Below, piece by piece: positions 9,227 through 18,895 of a stretch of 64,000 nucleotides of DNA. A model generated the notes under the pieces. The model did not search any database, was not told the origin of the DNA, and saw only the letters and a program-made list of their open reading frames with translations. The number at the start of each line of letters is the position of its first letter. Position 1 is the stretch's first letter. Origin of the DNA: Alphaproteobacteria bacterium (GTDB taxonomy: Bacteria; Pseudomonadota; Alphaproteobacteria; CALKHQ01); the NCBI GenBank assembly GCA_965227515.1, contig CBDDFZ010000002.1:1344001-1408000 (forward strand), written 5' to 3'. The position numbers and the translations under genes are program-made.

Positions 9227-10750
9227 CTACAGCGCTGCGGCCAATTGGCGCCGGCGCTGAACGGACGAGGGAATCCGCATGGCTTCCCGGTATTTGGCGA
9301 CAGTGCGCCGCGCAATCACGACTCCGGCACCGCGCAGCGCATCGACGATCTGGTCGTCGGACAGCACGGTCGACTGGGTCTCGGCGCCGATCAGGTCGCG
9401 GATACGATGCCGCACCGCCTCGGCCGACAGCATGTCGCCGCTGCTGCCCTGGATGGCGGCGGTGAAGAAGTACTTGAGTTCGAAGATGCCGCGCGGCGTG
9501 GCGATGAACTTGTTGGTGGTCACGCGGCTGACCGTGCTCTCGTGCATCTCGATGGCATCGGCAATGTCGCGCAGGATCAGCGGCCGCAGATGGGTCACGC
9601 CATAGGCGAAGAACTGGTCCTGCTGAGCCACGATCTCGGTCGCGACCTTCAGGATGGTGGTGGCGCGCTGGTGCAGCGACTTCACCAACCAGTTGGCGGC
9701 GTTCAGGCTCTCGACCAGGTACTCGCGCTCGCCCGACGAGCGCGCGTTGGGTTTCAGCTTGGCGTAGTAGGCGGAGTTCACCAGCACCCGGGGCAGAGCA
9801 TCGGTGTTCAACTCGACGTTCCAGCCGCCCTCCAGGTTCGGGCGCATCAGCACATCGGGCACCACCGGCTGCAGCGGGGCCGCATCGAACATGAAGGCCG
9901 GCTTCGGGTTCAGGCGGCGAATCTCGGCCGCCATGTCCGCCAGATCCTCCTCGTCCACCCCGCAGATGCGCTTCAGCGCGGCCACATCGCGCGCGGCCAG
10001 CAGATCGAGGTTGTCCAGCATCGCCGCCATCGCCGGGTCCAGGCGGTCCTTTTCGCGCAACTGCAGCGCCAGGCACTCGCCCAGCGAGCGGGCGAACACA
10101 CCCACCGGCTCAAGCGTCTGCAGGGTAGCCAGCACGGCCTCGATCTCGGCCACGTCACAGCCCAGATTCTCCGCGATCTGCTCCAGCGGCACCGTCAGCC
10201 ACCCGGAGTCCTCCAGGCAGTCGATCATGTAGGTGCCGATCAGGCGGGTACGGGCATCGGGCGCGGTGACGCCGAACTGCTCCACCAGGTGCTCGCGCAG
10301 CGTGATGTCGTTGGAGAGTGACTGCTCGGGCCCGTATTCGCTGTCGTCGAACCGACCGCCCTGGCCGCCGAAGCCCCACTGGGCATAGCTGCCGCCGTCG
10401 TCGCCGGCGCGGTCGGAGCCGATATCGTCCCCCCAGACCGAGTTCAGGTCGGTGTCGAGCGGGGTCTCGTCACGGGCCGCGATGCTGCTGTCCGGGCCGG
10501 CCGCGTCATGGCCGTTGACCGCGCCCTCGGCCGGTTCCGGCGGGCCGGCGGCGACAATGTCGTCCCCGAAGCCGTCGCCACCGGGCACGTCGTCCGGCCG
10601 ATCCAGCATCGGGTTGCGCTCGATTTCCGCCTCGACATAGGCCGATAGCTCCAGATTGGAGAGCTGCAGCAGCTTGATGGCCTGCTGCAGCTGCGGCGTC
10701 ATGACCAGACCCTGGGTCTGGCGCAGATCCAATCTTTGGGAGATGGCCAT
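9227..10750 (-). CDS. rpoN: RNA polymerase sigma-54 factor
   Basis: TPQLQQAIKLLQLS, HESTVSR, RpoN box ARRTVAKYRE. Confidence 0.98.
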   Translation of the reverse strand: MAISQRLDLRQTQGLVMTPQLQQAIKLLQLSNLELSAYVEAEIERNPMLDRPDDVPGGDGFGDDIVAAGPPEPAEGAVNGHDAAGPDSSIAARDETPLDTDLNSVWGDDIGSDRAGDDGGSYAQWGFGGQGGRFDDSEYGPEQSLSNDITLREHLVEQFGVTAPDARTRLIGTYMIDCLEDSGWLTVPLEQIAENLGCDVAEIEAVLATLQTLEPVGVFARSLGECLALQLREKDRLDPAMAAMLDNLDLLAARDVAALKRICGVDEEDLADMAAEIRRLNPKPAFMFDAAPLQPVVPDVLMRPNLEGGWNVELNTDALPRVLVNSAYYAKLKPNARSSGEREYLVESLNAANWLVKSLHQRATTILKVATEIVAQQDQFFAYGVTHLRPLILRDIADAIEMHESTVSRVTTNKFIATPRGIFELKYFFTAAIQGSSGDMLSAEAVRHRIRDLIGAETQSTVLSDDQIVDALRGAGVVIARRTVAKYREAMRIPSSVQRRRQLAAAL

Positions 10751-10761
10751 CCGGCGGCGCC

Positions 10762-11583
10762 CTACAGACTGAAGCGCTCGCCCAGATAGACGCGCCGGAC
10801 GTCTTCATGCGCGACGATTTCGTTCGGCTTGCCTTCCATCAGCACGGCGCCGTCATGGATGATGTAGGCGCGATCCACCGTGCCCAGGGTCTCGCGCACA
10901 TTGTGGTCGGTGATCAGCACGCCGATGCCACGGTCGGTCAGGTGCAGGACCAGTTCGCGAATGTCGTTGACCGCGATGGGGTCGATGCCGGCCAGCGGCT
11001 CGTCGAACAGGATGAAGCTGGGTTGCGAGGCCAGAGCGCGCGCAATCTCCACCCGGCGCCGCTCGCCGCCCGACAGGGTCACCGCCGGCGTCCGCCTGAG
11101 GTGGGAGATCGAGAACTCGCCCAGAAGGTCGTCGAGCATGGCTTCGCGGCGGTCGCGATTGGAATCGACCGATTCCAGCACGGCGCGAATGTTCTGCTCC
11201 ACCGACAATCCGCGGAAAATCGAAGGTTCCTGCGGCAGGTAGCCGATGCCCATGCGCGCGCGGCGGTACATCGGCAGCTCGGTGATGTTGGTGCCGTCCA
11301 GGCTGATCTCGCCGTAGTCGGCCGAAAGCAGCCCCATGATGATGTAGAAGAACGTCGTCTTGCCGGCGCCGTTGGGGCCGAGCAGGGCCACCGCCTCGCC
11401 GCGCTGCACGCTGACACCGACGTCGCGCAGCACCGGGCGGCGCCGGAAGCGCTTTCCGACATTGCGCGCGATCAGGCCGGGGTTGTCGGTGACGAGCCTT
11501 GGGGTCTGGTGCGCGTGCTCGTCGCCTGCGGCGGTGTCGCCGTGCTTCGTGCCGGCGTCACGCACTGGCCCGCCTTTCGTCAT
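10762..11583 (-). CDS. lptB: LPS export ABC transporter ATP-binding protein
   Basis: GPNGAGKT, YLPQEPSIF, LSGGERRR, TDHNVRETL; ATGA overlap with lptA. Confidence 0.96.
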   Translation of the reverse strand: MTKGGPVRDAGTKHGDTAAGDEHAHQTPRLVTDNPGLIARNVGKRFRRRPVLRDVGVSVQRGEAVALLGPNGAGKTTFFYIIMGLLSADYGEISLDGTNITELPMYRRARMGIGYLPQEPSIFRGLSVEQNIRAVLESVDSNRDRREAMLDDLLGEFSISHLRRTPAVTLSGGERRRVEIARALASQPSFILFDEPLAGIDPIAVNDIRELVLHLTDRGIGVLITDHNVRETLGTVDRAYIIHDGAVLMEGKPNEIVAHEDVRRVYLGERFSL

Positions 11584-12437
11584 TGTGGTGGCTCGACTAC
11601 GCAAGGGACCTCGCCATCAGTGGCTTCTTCCTCGTTCACAAAACGCCCGACCGCCGCCGTCATCTGGAAGATGCCGGTATTCAGATCGTACCGCGCAGAT
11701 CCCCCGACCATCTGGTTGTTGCCCTGGGAAATCCTAACATTTCCCGAAAGCTCGGCGATGCCGGTCCGCGCGTAATAGATACCCTGATCGCCGAGCAGGC
11801 GCTCGGTCGGGGTAATGATGTCCACGCCGCCGAACGCCTCGACCCGGTCCAGGTTCTGCGCGCGTTCGTCGCCTTCGCCCGGTGCGGCTTCCTCGTCGGC
11901 AAAATACGCGGTCAGAATGTCGGCGGCCAAGCGTTCGGTGCCGGTACAGGCCACCGCGTCGCCGCGGGCCACCGCCATCTGTTCCTGTTCCCAGTATTCC
12001 AGGCTATCGCGGGCGGTCAACCACTCCGTCGGTGTCGACAGACGCAAATTGTCGCCGGTCAGGACCGCGACGCCGTTGACGACGTCGTAAACGCCGTTCT
12101 GGCCGGTGACCTGCTCGTTGGCGGTGGTGATGACGACATTGCCCACCGCATCGATGCGGTAGATGTCGATATCCTCGGCCTCCGGGTCATAGAACGCGCT
12201 CAACGTGTCGGCGCGGATCGACACGTCGCCGCGGGTGGCCGTGGCATTGCCGCGGGCGATGTAGGCGCCGCGGTCGCGCTGCCATTCAATGCCGTTGATC
12301 GCCTCGATCTGCACCGGCTCGCCGTCGCCGCCCAGGTCGAGGCCCTGGGATACCGCAGCGCCCATGGAGCCGACCCAAACCGCGGAGGCGGCCAGCACCG
12401 TGCACGCCAACCCGAGCGCGTCGCGCCAGACCGTCAC
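11580..12437 (-). CDS. lptA: LptA/OstA-family LPS transport protein (two OstA-like repeats)
   Basis: Signal peptide, repeated A.GNV beta-jellyroll motifs, position between lptC and lptB. Confidence 0.85.
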   Translation of the reverse strand: MTVWRDALGLACTVLAASAVWVGSMGAAVSQGLDLGGDGEPVQIEAINGIEWQRDRGAYIARGNATATRGDVSIRADTLSAFYDPEAEDIDIYRIDAVGNVVITTANEQVTGQNGVYDVVNGVAVLTGDNLRLSTPTEWLTARDSLEYWEQEQMAVARGDAVACTGTERLAADILTAYFADEEAAPGEGDERAQNLDRVEAFGGVDIITPTERLLGDQGIYYARTGIAELSGNVRISQGNNQMVGGSARYDLNTGIFQMTAAVGRFVNEEEATDGEVPCVVEPPQ

Positions 12438-13180
12438 AGCGGGTTGTCCTCGCTGTTGACGCGAAGGGTCACCATCGCCCGCCCGGTGAATTCGATGGTC
12501 ATGCCATCGTCCTTGATGACGAAGCCGTCGGCATCCACGTCCCCGAACGGTCCGTTGCCGACAACGCCCTGGTCGCCGCTTGCGATGCCGTCGGCAAGAT
12601 CGATCACCGCGACCGGGGTGTGAAACTCGTAGCCGCCGTCATGGAACAACTGGACGTCGCCATCCAGGTTCAAGACCTCGCTGGTTTGATTGTAGACCCC
12701 GTTCTCGGCCCGCAACAGCACCCATGCCCCATCGGACAGGGTGACGTCGGCCACCGGGTTTTCCAGCAGGACCAGGTCCTTGTCGGTTTCGTCCCGCTGC
12801 GCCCCGTCGGCAGTCACCTGGAACGGCTGCCCGTCCTGGTCGACGCCGCTGTAGCGCGGCTGGGTCATCCGCAGCCGCTCCGCATCCTCGATCGACAGCA
12901 CGCCGCCGGTGTCCTCGAATTGCTCCTCGATGGCCACGAACTCGGACCACAGGGCGACTACCAGCACCAGCGCCACCGTCACCACCGGCAGCACCAGGCG
13001 CATCGTCTGCACGAAAACGGTGTAGCCGATGCCCGGCGGACGGCGCCGACGCCCGCCGTCCGAGCCCTCGTAGCCCGGCAATCCGCGGCCCATGCCACCG
13101 CGCGCGGGCTCCGCTCTCGCGCTCCGGTCCTGGAGGCCGGCGTCCGACGCGTGGTCAGGAGTGTCAACGCTGCTTGTCAT
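12434..13180 (-). CDS. lptC: LPS export protein LptC (start uncertain)
   Basis: Single TM helix, then PRYSGVDQDGQPF...GPFG..ADGF; synteny with kdsD and lptA. Confidence 0.85.
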   Translation of the reverse strand: MTSSVDTPDHASDAGLQDRSARAEPARGGMGRGLPGYEGSDGGRRRRPPGIGYTVFVQTMRLVLPVVTVALVLVVALWSEFVAIEEQFEDTGGVLSIEDAERLRMTQPRYSGVDQDGQPFQVTADGAQRDETDKDLVLLENPVADVTLSDGAWVLLRAENGVYNQTSEVLNLDGDVQLFHDGGYEFHTPVAVIDLADGIASGDQGVVGNGPFGDVDADGFVIKDDGMTIEFTGRAMVTLRVNSEDNPL

Positions 13181-13232
13181 GCCGTTGGATATATGGTGCC
13201 GAGGGCCGTCATTTTCCGCCCCGGCGGGCGTA

Positions 13233-14240
13233 TTACGCGACGCCGGCGTGCAGAATGTCGTGTACGTGGACAATCCCTACAGGACGTTCACCGTCCAGGG
13301 CAAACATGGCGATAACGCGGCGGGCGTTGAGTTGCGCCAGCACCTCCGCCGCCAGCGCCTGGGGCGTGGTGGTCAACGGTGTGCGCGTCATCACCTGGGA
13401 GGCACGCAGCGACAGCAGGTCCTGGCCCGCATGCCTGCGCAGATCGCCGTCGGTGATCATGCCGACAAGCTTGCCGGCGCCATCCACCACGCCGATGCAG
13501 CCGAACCGCTTCGACGCCATGGCCACCAGGGCCTCGCCCATGGGCGGGTCGAGTTCGATCAGCGGCATGTCGTCGCCGCTGTGCATGACGTCGGCCACCC
13601 GCAGCAACATGCGGCCCAGCTGACCGCCGGGGTGCAACTGGCCGAACCGCTCCGCCGTCAGCCCGTGGCGCTCCAGCAGCGCGACCGCCAGCGCATCGCC
13701 CAACGCCATCATCATCGTGGTCGAGGTGGTCGGCGCGAGGCGCAGTTGGCCGGCCTCGTCGGCCTTCGGCAGTTCCAGGATCAGGTCGGCCGCCCGGGCC
13801 AGCGTGCTGTCCGGCGCGGATGTCATCGCCACCAGCGGGATCGAGAACCGCTTGGCGTGCATAATGATGTCGCTGAGTTCGCTGGTCTCGCCGGAATTGG
13901 AGAGCGCCAGGATGCAGTCGCCATCGACCACCATGCCCAGGTCGCCGTGGCTGGCCTCGGCCGGGTGCACGAACAGCGCCGGCGTGTCGGTGGAGGCCAG
14001 GGTCGCCGCGATCTTGCGGGCGATATGGCCGGACTTGCCCATGCCGACCACCACGACACGGCCGCGCATGCCGCCGATCAGGCTCACAGCGTCGGCGAAG
14101 CTCTGCCCTAGATTGTCCGCGACCTCGCCCAGGGCCGCCGCGGCGGTGTGCAGCACCTGACGCCCGGTGGCGACAGCCTCGCCAGGGTCGCCTTCCGGGC
14201 GCACACCTTGCTTGGAACCGCCGGTGACCGCCTGGGTCAT
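13233..14240 (-). CDS. kdsD: Arabinose-5-phosphate isomerase, KpsF/GutQ family
   Basis: GMGKSGHI, HPAEASHGDLG, APTTST, HPGGQLG, CBS pair. Confidence 0.95.
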   Translation of the reverse strand: MTQAVTGGSKQGVRPEGDPGEAVATGRQVLHTAAAALGEVADNLGQSFADAVSLIGGMRGRVVVVGMGKSGHIARKIAATLASTDTPALFVHPAEASHGDLGMVVDGDCILALSNSGETSELSDIIMHAKRFSIPLVAMTSAPDSTLARAADLILELPKADEAGQLRLAPTTSTTMMMALGDALAVALLERHGLTAERFGQLHPGGQLGRMLLRVADVMHSGDDMPLIELDPPMGEALVAMASKRFGCIGVVDGAGKLVGMITDGDLRRHAGQDLLSLRASQVMTRTPLTTTPQALAAEVLAQLNARRVIAMFALDGERPVGIVHVHDILHAGVA

Positions 14241-14866
14241 GAGTGGGCGAAGATATCCTGGTCCGGCCAGCCGGCCAGATCGAGCGCGGCCCGCGTCGGC
14301 AGGAACGCGAAGCAGGATTGTGCGAAAACGGTGCGGCCCTCGCGCGCGAGCATCTCGTCCAGGGCGGCGCGCAGGCGATGCAGGTACAAGACGTCGCCGG
14401 CGGCGTAGGCCATCTGCTCCTTGGTCAGGGTCTCAGCACCCCAGTCCGAGCTTTGCTGCTGCTTGGAGATGTCCACGCCCAACAGGTCGCGGACCAGATC
14501 GCGCAGGCCGTGCTTGTCGGTGAAAGTGCGCACCAGCCGCGAGGCGATCTTGGTGCAATAGACCGGGCTTGCCATCACGCCCAGATAGCGCTGCATCACC
14601 GCCAGGTCGAAGCGGGCGAAGTGGAACAGCTTGGTGACGGCGGGGTCGGCCAGCAGCGCGCGCAGGCGTGGCGCGGCATAGGCATCGGCGTGCTCGGCCG
14701 GATTGCGGAACTGCACCAGATGGCAGGTGCCGTCGCCAGCCGAAAGCTGCACCAAGCACAGGCGGTCGCGGTCGGGCAGCAGGCCCATGGTTTCGGTATC
14801 GATCGCGACGCAATCGCCGAACTCGACGTCGGCGGGCAGGTCGCCGACGTGCAGCGTTGTGGTCAT
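14237..14866 (-). CDS. rnd: Ribonuclease D-family 3'-5' exonuclease
   Basis: IDTETMGL, RDRLCLVQL, FHFARFD, SDWG, YAAGDV. Confidence 0.9.
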   Translation of the reverse strand: MTTTLHVGDLPADVEFGDCVAIDTETMGLLPDRDRLCLVQLSAGDGTCHLVQFRNPAEHADAYAAPRLRALLADPAVTKLFHFARFDLAVMQRYLGVMASPVYCTKIASRLVRTFTDKHGLRDLVRDLLGVDISKQQQSSDWGAETLTKEQMAYAAGDVLYLHRLRAALDEMLAREGRTVFAQSCFAFLPTRAALDLAGWPDQDIFAHS

Positions 14867-14969
14867 GTATCAGCCTGGGTCATTACAGGACGGGGCGGTG
14901 CCGGGCGCCCGAAGAGGGACGCGTCGGTCGCCGTTGCGCCCGCTGGCGCGCACCTTTGCGCCAGGGCGC

Positions 14970-15056
14970 TGGTGCCCAGGAGAAGACTCGAACTTCCACG
15001 GCCTTGCGGCCACAGGTACCTGAAACCTGCGCGTCTACCAATTCCGCCACCTGGGC
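14970..15056 (-). tRNA. tRNA-Leu (anticodon CAG)
   Basis: GCCCAGGTGGCGGAATTGGTAGACGC...CAGGT-TTCAGGT-ACCTG, long variable arm, GTTCGAGTC, ends ACCA. Confidence 0.97.
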
Positions 15057-15308
15057 ACATCCGGGGGGCAAGTTCGGGGTGACGTAATGGGCGCGGGGGC
15101 TCTTGTCAACTCGCCTGCACTTGTCTTTGCGGTCTGGTGCGCGCAATTGTATCGGCGTGCGACGTTGTGTAGGACTTGCCGCAGTACGCGTTGGCGGCGG
15201 ACTGCGCTATTGTGCCGCCGGCGATTTTGGGGGTTGGCGATTCTGGGGATTTGGCGTGTGTTTGGCAGGCACCGGCCGGGCCTGAGACGACGGTTGAGGT
15301 GAAACGGC

Positions 15309-16301
15309 ATGGCTAATCGTTTGGTGACCGTATTCGGCGGTTCGGGGTTTGTCGGGCGCCACACGGTGCGGCTGTTCGCGGCCGACGGCGACCTTGTGCG
15401 TGTTGCGGTGCGGTCCCCGGACGACGCGCTGTTCCTGAAGCCGATGGGCGATGTGGGCCAGGTGACGCCGGTGGCGGCCTCGATCCAGAACGAGCGCACG
15501 GTTGCGGCGGCGTGCGAGGGCGCGGACGCGGTGATCAATCTGGTCGGCATCCTGAACGAACGCGGCAGCCGCTCGTTCCAGGCCATTCACGTCGATGGCG
15601 CGCGCATGGTCGCCGAGGCGGCGCGCAAGGCCGGGGCGACCAAGTTCGTCCACCTGTCGGCGTTGGGCGCCGGCCTGACCGCGCCGTCGCGCTACCTGCA
15701 GTCGAAGGCGCTGGGCGAACAGGCGGTGCGCGAGGCGTTTCCCGACGCGGTGATCATTCGCCCATCCATCGTCTTCGGGCCCGAGGACGAGTTCTTCAAC
15801 CGCTTCGCCAGCCTGTCACGGCTGATGCCGGCGCTGCCGGTGCTGGGCGTGGAATACTCGCGCGACGACCTGATGAACGGGCGTTATTGCGGCAACGAGG
15901 GCACCAAGTTCCAGCCGGTCTATGTCGGCGACCTGGCCGCCGCGATCCACCAGACCGCCGCCACCACCGCCTATGCCGGCGAGACATTCGAGGCGGTCGG
16001 CCCGAACGTCTACACCTTCAAGGCGCTGATGGAGATGGTCATGCAGGCGACCCGGCGCCGGCGCCTGCTGGCACCGGTGCCGCTGTGGGCCGCCAATATC
16101 ATGGCAACGTTCGCCGGTTTGCTGCCGAACCCGCCGATCACCCGCGATCAGGTCCGCTCGCTGTCGGTCGACAACGTCGCCACCGGCGAATGCAAGAGCC
16201 TGGCCGACCTGGGCATCGTGCCGTCGGGCCCTGGTGCGCTGGTCGAGACCTACCTGGACACCTACCGCGTCGGCGGCCGGTTCGACAGCCTGCGCACCTA
16301 G
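15309..16301 (+). CDS. Complex I NDUFA9-family NAD-dependent epimerase/dehydratase
   Basis: VTVFGGSGFVG, LKPMGDVGQ, VINLVGIL, RPSIVFGPED, FQPVYVGD. Confidence 0.92.
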   Translation: MANRLVTVFGGSGFVGRHTVRLFAADGDLVRVAVRSPDDALFLKPMGDVGQVTPVAASIQNERTVAAACEGADAVINLVGILNERGSRSFQAIHVDGARMVAEAARKAGATKFVHLSALGAGLTAPSRYLQSKALGEQAVREAFPDAVIIRPSIVFGPEDEFFNRFASLSRLMPALPVLGVEYSRDDLMNGRYCGNEGTKFQPVYVGDLAAAIHQTAATTAYAGETFEAVGPNVYTFKALMEMVMQATRRRRLLAPVPLWAANIMATFAGLLPNPPITRDQVRSLSVDNVATGECKSLADLGIVPSGPGALVETYLDTYRVGGRFDSLRT

Positions 16302-16308
16302 CTACGCC

Positions 16309-17493
16309 TTACACCCACATCGAGATGTCGTTTCCGTCGACCTCGAACTTGATCGGACCGCCGTAGACATTCTCCAGCCGCGCGACGTGACTATAGCCAT
16401 CGTCGTTGTGAACATAGATGTCGGTCCAGATGCTTCCGGTGGTCCAGTACTTGTACGCGCTGATCGCATCCGCGTAGCTGGCGACATCCGACATATCGAG
16501 CCGCTCTGACAGGTCGATGGTGTCGGCGCCGCCGTAGTAGTCCAGGATGCGGTCGCCGAAATCGTCGTTGCCGGCGACACGGAAGATATCGTTGCCGGAC
16601 CCGCCGATCAGGTAGTCGAAGCCGCGCCCGCCGACGATCAGGTCGTCGCCCTCCTCGCCGTAGATGAAGTCGTGGCCATCGTCGCCATAGAGCCGGTCGC
16701 CATCGCGACCGCCGTTGATGTAGTCGCTGCCGTCGCCGCCGCGGATGTAGTCGTGGTCGTAGAAGCCGAATAGCTGGTCGTTGCCATCCTCGCCGTAGAT
16801 GCGGTCATCGCCGTCGTAGCCCCGGATGATGTCGTCGCCATCGCCGCCATACAGGTAGTCGCGGCTGTCGAAAGCGCCCGCGTTGGGATTGCTGCTGTGG
16901 GTGCCGGCACCCGATATGACGTCGTTGCCGGCACCGCCATGCACGACGTCGCGCCCAAGCCCGCCGGCAAGCATGTCGTTGCCGTCCTCGCCATAGACGT
17001 GATCGTTGCCGCTGCCGGCCCACACGATGTCGTTGCCTGCGCCGCCGAGGACGATGTCGTTGCCCTCGTCGCCATTGGCATAGTCGTTGCCGTTGCCCAG
17101 CTCGATGTAGTCATTGCCTTCGCCGGCATAGGCGACGTCGTTGCCGTCACGGCCATAGACACGGTCGTTGCCGATGCCGCCCCACATGGCATCGTTGCCG
17201 GTGCCGCCGTCCAGGAAGTCGTCGCCGGCGCCGCCGATCAGGTAGTCGTGGCCGGCGCCGCCGAACAGGCTGTCCGGCCCACCGACATGGGGCAGGCCGG
17301 TTTCGTCGGGATATTCGTCGGCGTCGTATTCGATGCCGTCGCCCCAGATGACGTCGTTGCCGCCTAGGCCCTCGATGGTGTCTCCGGCGGTCGATCCCTC
17401 GATGGTCTCGCCTGCTGCGGTGCCGACGATGTGACGCCCAATCGGCACCGGTATCGGGTTGATCGTGGGCGGAAGAATGAATTTGTCGAACAT
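16309..17493 (-). CDS. RTX (hemolysin-type) calcium-binding repeat protein 1
   Basis: Many GGxGxDxLx nonapeptides; ATG at 17493 preceded by AGGGG; no N-terminal signal peptide. Confidence 0.88.
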   Translation of the reverse strand: MFDKFILPPTINPIPVPIGRHIVGTAAGETIEGSTAGDTIEGLGGNDVIWGDGIEYDADEYPDETGLPHVGGPDSLFGGAGHDYLIGGAGDDFLDGGTGNDAMWGGIGNDRVYGRDGNDVAYAGEGNDYIELGNGNDYANGDEGNDIVLGGAGNDIVWAGSGNDHVYGEDGNDMLAGGLGRDVVHGGAGNDVISGAGTHSSNPNAGAFDSRDYLYGGDGDDIIRGYDGDDRIYGEDGNDQLFGFYDHDYIRGGDGSDYINGGRDGDRLYGDDGHDFIYGEEGDDLIVGGRGFDYLIGGSGNDIFRVAGNDDFGDRILDYYGGADTIDLSERLDMSDVASYADAISAYKYWTTGSIWTDIYVHNDDGYSHVARLENVYGGPIKFEVDGNDISMWV

Positions 17494-17691
17494 GATTTCA
17501 GAACCCCTGGTCGCTGTTGTTTCAACGTATCCAGTGGAGTGGTCGTGGCCGGCCGCTTGTGGGTTCAATACCAGGGCGCCGACGTGAGCATCGGGGGCGA
17601 AACGATCACGCGCGCGTCAGGAAAGAGGTGGTCCTGAAACGCGTACAGCGCCGCCCGAGGGCGACGCCGCGCGCGATCCGCAGTGCTATGG

Positions 17692-18732
17692 TCAGGCAAT
17701 CAGGTAGGCCTCGGTGGTGTCCGTCACGACCATGATCTGATCGACATAGCCACTGAAATGGGCGGCGTGGCGCAGGCCGTCCGCAGTGACGATGAACAGG
17801 TCGGAATGGGCCGCCTCTCCGGGGCCGCCCTGGTCCGCGACGAAGAACCAGTGGTTTTCGACCGTGCCCAGCTCCCAAAGCTCGAATTCTTCCTCGTCGG
17901 TGTAGAACTCGCCGATATCGACGATGTCGCCTTCTTCGAAATCGTAGTCCAGGACGGTGTCCGCTTTGATGTCCAGGCGTGACATGGTGAAAATGTCCGC
18001 GCCCGCGCCGCCGACCATCAGGTCCTTGCCGGCGTAGCCATGAAGCTGGTCGTCGCCGTCGTCGCCGAGCAGGTAGTCGTCGCCGTCGCCGCCGAACAGG
18101 TCGTCATTGCCGGCGCCGCCCAGCAGGACGTCGTGGCCGTCGCCGCCGTCCATGCGGTCGTTGCCGGCCTTGCCTTCCAGCCAGTCATTGCCGTCCTCGC
18201 CGAACATGCCGTCGTTGTTGGACGAGCCGAATATGCGGTCGTCGCCGTCGCCACCATACATGCGGTCATAGCTGCCGTCGCCGTCGTCGCCCGGGTCCTG
18301 GCCGTAGATCTCGTCGTTACCGGCGCCGCCGCGCAGAAGGTCCTGGCCCTCTCCGCCGATGATGGTGTCGTCGCCCGCGCCACCGTCGACGACGTCGTCT
18401 CCGGCCCCGGCGAAGACGATGTCATTACCGTTGCCGCCGAGGATATCGTCGTCGCCATTGCCGCCGTCGATTTCGTCGTTGCCGTTGCCGCCAAAGAGCG
18501 CGTCGTTGCCGTCACGGCCGTGGATCCGGTCGTTGCCGTCGTCGCCGAAGATCCAGTCGTCGCCATCAATGCCGCGCAGGTCGTCGTCTCCGGCGGTGCC
18601 GCGCAGCGACAGGCCAAGCGGGTAGGGATCCTTGATCGGGTCGATAAAGATGTCCCTGGGATCGCCGTCCTTGACCGGATCGCTGGCCAGGGACTGGGAT
18701 TGCAGGTCGGCGGTGAATTGATCCTTGAACAT
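17692..18732 (-). CDS. RTX (hemolysin-type) calcium-binding repeat protein 2
   Basis: Many GGxGxDxLx nonapeptides; ATG at 18732 preceded by AGGAG. Confidence 0.88.
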   Translation of the reverse strand: MFKDQFTADLQSQSLASDPVKDGDPRDIFIDPIKDPYPLGLSLRGTAGDDDLRGIDGDDWIFGDDGNDRIHGRDGNDALFGGNGNDEIDGGNGDDDILGGNGNDIVFAGAGDDVVDGGAGDDTIIGGEGQDLLRGGAGNDEIYGQDPGDDGDGSYDRMYGGDGDDRIFGSSNNDGMFGEDGNDWLEGKAGNDRMDGGDGHDVLLGGAGNDDLFGGDGDDYLLGDDGDDQLHGYAGKDLMVGGAGADIFTMSRLDIKADTVLDYDFEEGDIVDIGEFYTDEEEFELWELGTVENHWFFVADQGGPGEAAHSDLFIVTADGLRHAAHFSGYVDQIMVVTDTTEAYLIA

Positions 18733-18895
18733 GGGTGTTGCTCCTGTCGCATGTTTCGTTCGCACCGACAGGGCCGTCGCGGCGGGGGCTGCGCGCGTTC
18801 AGCGTCTCGCGACAGTGTTATGTGGACGCACGAATGGCTCGCGCGCCCGTGAGCGGAAGCGGCGGAAAGATAACGCGGCCGTTATCGGGACGGGG

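Noticed and set aside
14970-15056. tRNA-Leu genes (also 62035-62119) as integration sites
   Set aside because: No integrase, and I saw no duplicated tRNA 3' end in the window; neighbours are housekeeping genes
16309-18732. Periodic gtcgtcgcc/gttgcc DNA repeats suggesting a CRISPR or tandem array
   Set aside because: Explained by 27-nt RTX coding repeats; no repeat-spacer structure and no cas genes
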